Assembly (NCBI GenBank): GCA_963827655.1 | Contig: CAWHCF010000012.1 | Location: forward strand, 1-31,983 | Reading direction: 5' to 3' | Origin: an uncultured Acidobacteriota bacterium | GTDB taxonomy: Bacteria > Acidobacteriota > UBA6911 | Length of the DNA: 31,983 bases | Shown: piece after piece, positions 9,510-16,529 of the stretch | How positions within the stretch are numbered: position 1 is the stretch's first letter | Layout of the letters: each line of letters starts with the position of its first letter | The notes under the pieces: model-generated | Databases searched by the model: none | What the model was told of the DNA's origin: nothing | Seen by the model: the letters and a program-made list of their open reading frames with translations, nothing else | Program-made: the position numbers and the translations under genes

Positions 9510-11291
9510 ATGAAACACGTTCTGTTGTCGTCTCTGCTCGCGATCCTCATTCTTGCGCCGTCTGGCGTCTCGTCGAACGATCAGGCCATCTCCGAAGCGA
9601 TTCGCATCGACGGCCGCGTTCCCGTTCCCATGCGCGACGGAGTAAAGCTCTATGCCGACGTCTACCGGCCCAGACGCGAAGGGAAATTTCCTGTCCTTGT
9701 CGTGAGGACTCCTTACGGCGTCCAGCGCGACGGAATGCACGAGCCGAAAATCCGGTTCGCGCAGCGCGGTTATGCCGTCGTGGTTCAAGACACTCGCGGA
9801 CGCTACCAGTCGGAAGGAACCTGGGAACCGTTTCGCCACGAAGCCGAAGATGGCTATGACACCATCCAGTGGGCCGCCCAGCAGCCCTGGTCCACCGGCA
9901 AAGTAGCCACGGAAGGGGGCTCGTATCTGGGCCACGTGCAGTGGCGCGCCGCCAGTCTTGCTCCTCCGAACCTGGTTACCATCTTCCCCATGGTCGCCTC
10001 GACCAGCATCTATCATAACTGGGCTTATGTCGGCGGAGCCTTTCGCCTGTCGTTCAACTACGGCTGGGGCGCCGTGCGCATGCCCGCGCGCATCATGCTG
10101 CCGCAGTACTGGCACGATGCCGCCTACGCTCCCGAAGAGCTGAAATACGAAACCATCCTCTGGCACCTTCCCCTGAATCGCGGCGACCTGATGTCTTCGA
10201 ATCAGGGGGTGCAGCACTACCGCGACTGGTTGAAGCACCAGAGCTACGACGACTACTGGCGGGCCATCAGCGACGAAGAACGGTTCCCCAACATCAAGGT
10301 TCCGGCTCATACTTCCGGCGGCTGGTTTGACATCTTTCTTGCCGGCACGATCAATGGGTTTGCCGGGTTGCGCGCCAGGGGAGGATCGGAGATCGCCCGG
10401 CGCGAATCGAAGATGATTATCGGACCGTGGGGGCACGGCCCGAGCCAGAAGACCGGAGATGTCGATTTCGGTCCCTCCGCCATGCGCGAGCTCTTCCCGC
10501 GCGAGTTGCGCTGGTACGATCACTACCTGAAAGGCGAAGACAACGGCATCAATCGCGAGCCGCCGGTCGAGATCTTCTACATGGGAGCCAACCGGTGGGT
10601 GAAAGCCGACGACTGGCCGATTCCCGGGACGGCATTCACGCCCTTCTACCTCTCGAGCGGCGGGCGAGCCAACAGCGGCCGCGGAGACGGCAGGCTGCAG
10701 GCCGAGAAGGCAGGCGGAGCCGCGTCGGACGAATTCCTGTACGACCCTAACCAGCCGGTGCCTACGGTGGGCGGTAACAACTGCTGCGGCACTCCCACAC
10801 TCGCCGGACCGCGCGACCAGCGCGCGATCGAAGCCCGCCACGACGTGCTGGTTTATACCGGGGAAATACTCAAACAGCCGCTGTCGATCGCAGGACCGGT
10901 AAAGTTGAAGCTTTACGCCGCGACCGACGGCCCGGATACGGATTTTGTCGCCAAGCTGGTGGATGTTCATCCGAACGGTTTCGCGATGAATATCGCCGAA
11001 GGCATCCTTCGGGCGCGGTTCCGAAAGGGTCTCGACAAGATGGAATTATTGCGGCCCAACGAAGTCTATGAATTCGAAATCGATCTGATCGCGACGGCCA
11101 ATGTTTTCCTTCCGGGTCACCGCATGCGCGTCGATATTACCAGCAGCAATTTCCCGCAGTTCGATCGAAATCCCAACACCGGCGAAGACCTGGGTGTTTC
11201 GGACAAGGTTCGCCTGGCCCGGCAGAAGATCTTCCACACCGCGGAGCGCCCGAGTCACATTCTGCTGCCCGTCGTGGACATTCCGCATTGA
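9510..11291 (+). CDS. Secreted CocE/NonD family hydrolase (peptidase S15-like)
   Basis: Signal peptide; VPMRDGVKLYADVYRP, RTPY, QDTRGRYQSEG, GGSYLG nucleophile, GGWFDIF, IGPWGH, SSNFPQFDRNPNTG. Confidence 0.95.
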   Translation: MKHVLLSSLLAILILAPSGVSSNDQAISEAIRIDGRVPVPMRDGVKLYADVYRPRREGKFPVLVVRTPYGVQRDGMHEPKIRFAQRGYAVVVQDTRGRYQSEGTWEPFRHEAEDGYDTIQWAAQQPWSTGKVATEGGSYLGHVQWRAASLAPPNLVTIFPMVASTSIYHNWAYVGGAFRLSFNYGWGAVRMPARIMLPQYWHDAAYAPEELKYETILWHLPLNRGDLMSSNQGVQHYRDWLKHQSYDDYWRAISDEERFPNIKVPAHTSGGWFDIFLAGTINGFAGLRARGGSEIARRESKMIIGPWGHGPSQKTGDVDFGPSAMRELFPRELRWYDHYLKGEDNGINREPPVEIFYMGANRWVKADDWPIPGTAFTPFYLSSGGRANSGRGDGRLQAEKAGGAASDEFLYDPNQPVPTVGGNNCCGTPTLAGPRDQRAIEARHDVLVYTGEILKQPLSIAGPVKLKLYAATDGPDTDFVAKLVDVHPNGFAMNIAEGILRARFRKGLDKMELLRPNEVYEFEIDLIATANVFLPGHRMRVDITSSNFPQFDRNPNTGEDLGVSDKVRLARQKIFHTAERPSHILLPVVDIPH

Positions 11292-11316
11292 AGCGCCAAG
11301 ACACGGAGAAACGCGT
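11292..11316 (+). repeat. Degenerate (ACACGAAG)n arm
   Basis: aagcgccaagacacggagaaacgcg. Confidence 0.5.
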
Positions 11317-11335
11317 TTCACGTCCAAGGAGAACC

Positions 11336-12235
11336 ATGCGCGCGTTAACGTTTCTACTGGCTGCGGCGGCGCTCGCGGCGCAGGTCCGGCAGCACCCGGC
11401 GGTCAAGGAAATCCCACATGACAAGTACATCCACATGGTTCCGGAATCGAAGTCGCCGGTCGAGCGGACCTATATCAAGGCTAAAGACGGCCTCTACATC
11501 GCCGCTGCGATCCGAAAGCCGGAAGGACCCGGACCCTTCCCTGCGCTGGTCGTTTTCCATGGCGCTCCCGGCGGGCGCGGTATGGAGCAACTGGTCGGCT
11601 GGTCGCGGGGCGATCACGGCGGTCCCGTCTGGGAGCGCTTTCTCCAGGAGGGTTACGTCGTGGCCGTGGCCGACTATCGCGGCGGCCCCGGTCCCATCGC
11701 GGCGCCCGTGCCGCCCAACACCGTTTCCTACATCGACGACGGGATCTCGGTGATTCAATATGTCAAGAAGCTTCCCTTCGTGGATCCTGCGAAGGTAGGC
11801 GCGTATGCCGTGAGCCTCGGGGGAAACATGCTCCTCCATGCGCTGCAGCAAGAAAAAATCAACGCGGCCATCCTCGGAGCGCCCGCTGTCTTCAGCTTTC
11901 TCGGAGTGGAACGGCCTTCTTCTGGCGGCGCGGCGGCGCTTGCCAACGCGAAAATCAATCCTGACGTCGCCGAAGCCAATGTCGCGCGCCTGACGAGTCC
12001 GTTGCTGATTCTCGTCGGCACGGCGGATCCGCTGTTCAACCTGACGAAAGGCCTTTACCAGGAACTCGCGCGCGCGGGCAAACCCCATCAGGTAGAGATT
12101 TACGAAGGAGCCTACCATGATTTCTGCATGGGTCCCCAGGGGCATGCGCGCAAGGAGCCGCTGCTCGACGCGACGCTGGACGCGCTGGAGATATCGGTCC
12201 GCTTCATGGCGCAGCACGTGAAGGGGGAGAAGTAA
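11336..12235 (+). CDS. Secreted alpha/beta hydrolase (dienelactone hydrolase / S9-like)
   Basis: AAGGAG RBS, ATG 11336, signal peptide; GPFPALVVFHG, ADYRG, AVSLGG nucleophile elbow, GTAD, AYHDF. Confidence 0.85.
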   Translation: MRALTFLLAAAALAAQVRQHPAVKEIPHDKYIHMVPESKSPVERTYIKAKDGLYIAAAIRKPEGPGPFPALVVFHGAPGGRGMEQLVGWSRGDHGGPVWERFLQEGYVVAVADYRGGPGPIAAPVPPNTVSYIDDGISVIQYVKKLPFVDPAKVGAYAVSLGGNMLLHALQQEKINAAILGAPAVFSFLGVERPSSGGAAALANAKINPDVAEANVARLTSPLLILVGTADPLFNLTKGLYQELARAGKPHQVEIYEGAYHDFCMGPQGHARKEPLLDATLDALEISVRFMAQHVKGEK

Positions 12236-12238
12236 AAA

Positions 12239-12280
12239 ACCACCACCAAGACGCAAAGACTCGAAGAAACGCTGAGAATC
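12239..12280 (+). repeat. (ACACGAAG)n arm
   Basis: accaccaccaagacgcaaagactcgaagaaacgctgagaatc. Confidence 0.8.
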
Positions 12281-12326
12281 CACGCACTGGCACGATACTC
12301 CGTTATCCGAACGTCTTCGACAAAAG

Positions 12327-12384
12327 TTGACGCTCTGAGGCCGGTGCATCTATACTTGCATCATCGCAATGCAATATTTGATGC
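12327..12384 (+). promoter_or_regulatory. Promoter and probable autoregulatory operator of vapBC-2
   Basis: TTGACG-18 nt-TATACT (12327-12356); inverted repeat GCATCA-N15-TGATGC (12358-12384) just before the RBS. Confidence 0.55.
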
Positions 12385-12396
12385 GGGAAGGATGAC

Positions 12397-12654
12397 ATGA
12401 AGGCAGTAACCTTGAGAAACATTCGACCCGAATTGGCAAGAGTTATCCGGCGAAGGGCAACTCAAAAAAGGATCAGCATTAACAAAGCAGTGATCAGTTT
12501 GCTCGAGGAGAGCCTGGGGCTGCAGCAGAAAAGACACCTCCAAACTCACCACGACTTGGATGAACTGGCGGGCGCCTGGACCAAAAAGGAAGCCGCCGCT
12601 TTTGATAAGAGTCTTGCAGACCAGCGGAAAATTGAAAGCGAGATCTGGACATAG
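12397..12654 (+). CDS. vapB: Antitoxin (FitA/VapB-like, ribbon-helix-helix)
   Basis: MKAVTLRNIRPELARVIRRRA...SINKAVISLLEE...DLDELAGAW; 1-nt overlap with the PIN gene. Confidence 0.8.
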   Translation: MKAVTLRNIRPELARVIRRRATQKRISINKAVISLLEESLGLQQKRHLQTHHDLDELAGAWTKKEAAAFDKSLADQRKIESEIWT

Positions 12655-13049
12655 TGGCTCTCATGCTGGACACGTCGGCGTATTCGGCTTTCATGAAAGG
12701 GCACGCGGAGGTAAAACTTGCATTGCAGAAGGCCGAAGAAATCGTCCTCAATTCAGTTGTTCTCGGGGAGCTCAAGGCAGGGTTCCGCGCGGGAGATCGA
12801 TTCCGGAAAAACGAGCGCGAACTTCAGATTTTCTTTTCGTCGTCGCGCGTGAGGTTTGTCGACATGACCCAGGAAACGGCCGAAAGATATGCGCTGATCG
12901 TTCACTTCCTTCGCAAGGCGGGAACCCCTATCCCCACAAATGACATCTGGATCGCCGCTAGCGCTATGGAGCATGGTTTGCGCGTCGTGACAACGGATCT
13001 TCACTACCAAAAAGTCCCCCAGATAGTCGTGGAACATTATTCGCCCTGA
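12654..13049 (+). CDS. vapC: PIN-domain toxin (VapC family)
   Basis: MLDTSAYS...LGELKAGF...GTPIPTNDIWIAASA...VTTDLHY. Confidence 0.93.
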   Translation: MALMLDTSAYSAFMKGHAEVKLALQKAEEIVLNSVVLGELKAGFRAGDRFRKNERELQIFFSSSRVRFVDMTQETAERYALIVHFLRKAGTPIPTNDIWIAASAMEHGLRVVTTDLHYQKVPQIVVEHYSP

Positions 13050-13080
13050 AGAAGAGCCTTAAGTCTTCCTGAATTCGCTG

Positions 13081-13113
13081 CGAACCCATCCTCGAAACGG
13101 TTGAACGCGTTCC
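13081..13113. repeat. 33-bp imperfect direct repeat, copy 1 (copy 2 at 14481-14513)
   Basis: cgaacccatcctcgaaacggttgaacgcgttcc vs cgaaccgttcctcgaaatgcttgaacccgtttc, 27/33 identical without gaps. Confidence 0.7.
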
Positions 13114-13274
13114 TCGCCCCGAACGGTCGTCGAGACGGCGGAGTTACGAATAGGTCGAGAAAATTCTGCTGAAAGATTACCAGGGTAATCTCAGTCGTGC
13201 CGCATGACGGTTGACACGGGCCACAGATACAGGCAAGTTAAACCGCCGCTCGCCGGAGAGGTTACCCACCGTCT

Positions 13275-13544
13275 TCATTCGACAAATGGTTCGTCTGTTC
13301 TGGGCGCGTTGGGCAACTGCTCATCGAGTGATTGGCGATACTTGATGCACCCACGCATGAACTGCGGCCAATCCGGCACCGATGGCAGCGGGTCCGACTT
13401 CTCCGGCAGGAGCGACCATAGGTTCGGATGGTGCCAGCACAGCTCATGGCCCGTGCTATCGCGATGCTCGCGAATCCCCTGGCGCAGCTTCTTGATCTCG
13501 GCTATTAGTTGCTCACGCGACATTTGCTTGAGATCGTCATCCAT
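13275..13544 (-). CDS. Hypothetical protein (89 aa, ELCWHHP motif)
   Basis: GGAG RBS, ATG; protein-like sequence MDDDLKQMSREQLIAEIKKLRQGIREHRDSTGHELCWHHPNLW...FMRGCIKYRQSLD. Confidence 0.75.
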   Translation of the reverse strand: MDDDLKQMSREQLIAEIKKLRQGIREHRDSTGHELCWHHPNLWSLLPEKSDPLPSVPDWPQFMRGCIKYRQSLDEQLPNAPRTDEPFVE

Positions 13545-13568
13545 GTGATCTTCTCCACCTGTAACCTG

Positions 13569-13735
13569 TTTGGAGTGCGGTAGCTTGCTCTGGATCTTAG
13601 ACGCATCTTGGATTGGCCCAGAACGAATGGTTACGCCCCAGCTCGCGCCCTGAAAGGGCGAAATCGCCCAGACCGATGATATGCGTGTAAGGTTAAGAGC
13701 TTGCTACCCCTTGGTTTGGCGAAGCTTGCTTCGCC
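13569..13735 (+). repeat. GGAGTGCG-type REP cluster, first hairpin interrupted by an insertion
   Basis: tttggagtgcggtagcttgct...agcttgctacc and perfect hairpin ggcgaagc-tt-gcttcgcc (13718-13735); same family as 22022-22073. Confidence 0.8.
13590..13697. mobile_element. 108-bp MITE-like element with 17-bp imperfect TIRs and an 8-bp target duplication
   Basis: AGCTTGCT at 13582-13589 and 13698-13705; left end ctggatcttagacgcat vs reverse-complemented right end cttaaccttacacgcat (13/17); internal palindrome cgccctgaaagggcg. Confidence 0.75.
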
Positions 13736-13773
13736 TTGCCCTAGCCCGGAGTACTCCGGGCGCGGATCCTTGT

Positions 13774-14246
13774 TTAATGTTTCTTGACTTCGTCAGGGAA
13801 ACGATCCGGTACGAGATTCAAGATGATGCCGTGCTCGAGAAACGCCTTCAGCCCGGCCAGCACCAGGGCAAAGCCTTCGGTTGAATCGAGGGCTTGCTTT
13901 ACGATCTCGTCGCCGTCTCCGCTAAAGCCGGTATTCGTAATGCTGACAAAAGTCGTGTCATCAGATCGAGCAGTAAAGGTCCATTCCACCGGCGTGGGAG
14001 CGCCATAGGCCTCCCATTCAATGAGTATTCGCTTATTGTGTTCGACTGCTTTACGCTGACTTCTATGGAATGACCGTACATCTCCCAATCCCATCGGATT
14101 TGTTTTCCCGCTTCTAACCTTCCGCTGCCCCTGGTGAACCAGAACCGGGACGTGATGGCAGGATCCACGAAAGCCTCAAATACTTCTGCGACCGGTTTGC
14201 GAATCAGCATTGCGGTTTTTGCCGATGGCGCGCGTTCAATTTTCAT
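13774..14246 (-). CDS. SRPBCC/AHSA1 (YndB-like) protein with a single frameshift near 14051
   Basis: GGAGGA RBS; MLIRKPVAEVFEAFVDPAITSRFWF...HSIEVSVK then, in another frame, AVEHNKRILIEW...DSTEGFALVLAGLKAFLEHG; one base missing in a short homopolymer. Confidence 0.85.
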
Positions 14247-14307
14247 GGGCATCTCCTCCGATATTCGCGGCTGTGCTCATTTCGCCTGCTCAGGCACATG
14301 GATTCGG

Positions 14308-14426
14308 CTAAACGATGACGGCTTTGGCCCAGATCGGCGTGGCGATACCGACCTCGGGTTGGCGGACAAGAAGCGGCGAGACCCAGGAAGCGCCCTGTGC
14401 TTGATGAACAGCGCGGTTTTACTCAT
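14308..14426 (-). pseudogene. Internally deleted antibiotic-biosynthesis-monooxygenase-like gene remnant
   Basis: AAGGAGG RBS, ATG MSKTALFIKHRALPG joined out of frame to VSPLLVRQPEVGIATPIWAKAVIV*; these resemble the N- and C-terminal ends of ABM-family proteins (from recognition, no search run). Confidence 0.55.
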
Positions 14427-14480
14427 CGTGCCTCCTTGATGCAAAGATCAAACGGCACTTCCCACCCGCCGGACTGCTCA

Positions 14481-14513
14481 CGAACCGTTCCTCGAAATGC
14501 TTGAACCCGTTTC
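14481..14513. repeat. 33-bp imperfect direct repeat, copy 2; upstream of the ABM-SRPBCC unit
   Basis: See 13081-13113; exactly 1400 bp apart. Confidence 0.7.
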
Positions 14514-14707
14514 CCCCAGAATCCGTAATGTAAGATTATGCTATGTCGCTGCCGGCAGGACTAGCCATCATTCCAGACTTGCCTGGCCGGCATTGCAAGG
14601 CGGGAGAACTTTGTTGGGACTCCGGCCAGTTGGGGATAGGATCAAAGGCTTTAGCGTGCGGAAGGGCCAAGCCATAAAACATTAACTCTCTTTACCGGTG
14701 ACAAAAA

Positions 14708-15028
14708 ATGGCAGAACAAGCATTTTGGGAATCGATCAAGGCTGAAGGAAACGAAGTTCTCGAGCGCGTCAAAAAGGTGATACACGAAGGCAATGTTCGG
14801 CGCGTGGTGATCAAGCAGGGAGAACGCACTGTCGCGGAGTTTCCGCTCACGATAGGGGTCGTGGGAGCTGTGCTGGCACCCGTGCTGGCGGCCATCGGCG
14901 CGCTTGTGGCCCTGCTTACCGACTGCACCATCGAGTTCGAAAGAGTCGATACGAGCGTCGCAAGAACCGAACCCGAAAAGGAGAGTCCGGCGGCGACCAG
15001 CTCGCCTGCTAACCCCCCGGCATCATGA
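14708..15028 (+). CDS. DUF4342 domain protein
   Basis: VLERVKKVIHEGNVRRVVIKQ...EFPLTIGVVGAVLAPVLAAIGALVALLTDCTIEFER. Confidence 0.88.
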   Translation: MAEQAFWESIKAEGNEVLERVKKVIHEGNVRRVVIKQGERTVAEFPLTIGVVGAVLAPVLAAIGALVALLTDCTIEFERVDTSVARTEPEKESPAATSSPANPPAS

Positions 15029-16494
15029 AAGAGACGATCATCCCGCCCTGTTTCGGTCTGTATTTCCTCGGCACAGCCTGCCTGGGTCTTGCTTTCGGGA
15101 GTCCGGCGCCGGCGATCGGGACCGAGGAGCGCGCCGAACTGCTCCGAAAAATGGACCAGCGGGCGTCTCACTTCGGCGATCTCTCCCGCCAGATATGGGA
15201 GTTTGCCGAGGTCGGCTACAAGGAAGCCCGCAGCTCGGAGCTATTGAAATCCGAGTTGCGCAGCGCGGGGTTTCGCATCCAGGAAAACGTCGGCGGAATT
15301 CCTACAGCCTTTACTGCGAGCTGGGGACAGGGGAAACCGGTGATCGCGATAATGGGCGAATACGATGCTTTACCCGGTCTATCCCAGGAGCCGGTTCCTG
15401 AAAAGAAGCCGCGTGCGCCAGGAATGCCAGGCCATGGCTGCGGACACAACCTTCTGGGCAGCGCCGCGGCTTTCGCCTCGGTCGTGGTCAAAGATTATCT
15501 GGCGGATAAAAAGCTCTCGGGCACCATCCGCTTCTATGGAACTCCGGCCGAAGAAGGGGGTGGAGGGAAAATATACATGGCGCGAGCCGGAGCCTTCCAG
15601 GACTGCGACGTCGTCCTTACCTGGCACCCCGGGAGTCAGAACCGCGCCAGTCTCAGCAGCTCTCTGGCGAACATCTCCGCCAAGTTCCGCTTCTTCGGCA
15701 AGGCGGCTCATGCCGCCGGCGCGCCTGACATGGGAAGGTCGGCCCTGGATGCCGTGACCCTGATGAACCATGCGGTCGACCTGATGCGAGAGCACGTCCC
15801 TCAGGTTGCTCGCATTCACTACATCATTACCAGCGGCGGCAGCGCTCCCAACGTGGTGCCGGATTTTGCCGAGTCTTACTACTATGCGCGCCATCCCGAC
15901 ATGCGCGCGCTCGACGAACTATGGGCGCGCATCATCAAGTGCGCGGAAGCAGGAGCCCTCGCCACCGAGACCCGAATGGAGATGGAAATCGTCAACAGCG
16001 TTTACAACCTTCTTCCCAACGACGCGCTGACCGCATTATTCGATCGCAATCTCCGAGTCGTTGGAGGCGTGCGCTACTCGCCTGAAGAACAGGCCTTTGC
16101 CGAAGCCTTACTCAAGACCTATGCGTCCACGGGCGGCTCGGGCCTGGGAAGTCAGGAACAGATTCAAACCCCGGAGGGGGGACACAGTTCCGGATCGACC
16201 GATGTGGGCGACGTCAGCTGGATTGTTCCCACGGCGCAGTTCAGCACCGCAACCTACGTCCCGGGAACGCCCGGTCACAGCTGGCAATCCACGGCATGCT
16301 CCGGGATGAGCATCGGAAGAAAAGGAATGGTTGTGGCGGCAAAGACCCTGGCGTTGACCGCCCTCGATCTCCTTACCGATCCCAAGGAGGTAGAAGCCGC
16401 GCGGGCCAGCTTCAACAAGAGGCGGGCCGGCCACGAATACCGCTCCCGCATCCCGTCGAACCAGAAACCACCGCTGAATTACCGGGACAAATAG
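15025..16494 (+). CDS. M20 family amidohydrolase (AbgB-like), probably exported
   Basis: GEYDALPGLSQ, GHGCGHNLLG, GTPAEEGGGGK, GRSALDAV, GSTDVGDVSW, PGHSWQ; hydrophobic N-terminus. Confidence 0.92.
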   Translation: MKETIIPPCFGLYFLGTACLGLAFGSPAPAIGTEERAELLRKMDQRASHFGDLSRQIWEFAEVGYKEARSSELLKSELRSAGFRIQENVGGIPTAFTASWGQGKPVIAIMGEYDALPGLSQEPVPEKKPRAPGMPGHGCGHNLLGSAAAFASVVVKDYLADKKLSGTIRFYGTPAEEGGGGKIYMARAGAFQDCDVVLTWHPGSQNRASLSSSLANISAKFRFFGKAAHAAGAPDMGRSALDAVTLMNHAVDLMREHVPQVARIHYIITSGGSAPNVVPDFAESYYYARHPDMRALDELWARIIKCAEAGALATETRMEMEIVNSVYNLLPNDALTALFDRNLRVVGGVRYSPEEQAFAEALLKTYASTGGSGLGSQEQIQTPEGGHSSGSTDVGDVSWIVPTAQFSTATYVPGTPGHSWQSTACSGMSIGRKGMVVAAKTLALTALDLLTDPKEVEAARASFNKRRAGHEYRSRIPSNQKPPLNYRDK

Positions 16495-16519
16495 TTAGCG
16501 TCTTCGTGTCTTCGTGGTT
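16495..16519 (-). repeat. (ACACGAAG)n arm
   Basis: ttagcgtcttcgtgtcttcgtggtt between convergent stop codons. Confidence 0.8.
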
Positions 16520-16529
16520 GTCTTTGTTG

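Noticed and set aside
9456-10970. Long antisense ORFs (504 aa here; also 16296-17627, 18141-19427, 11354-12349, 26250-27575)
   Set aside because: Shadow frames opposite well-supported genes in GC-rich DNA, with no recognisable motifs.
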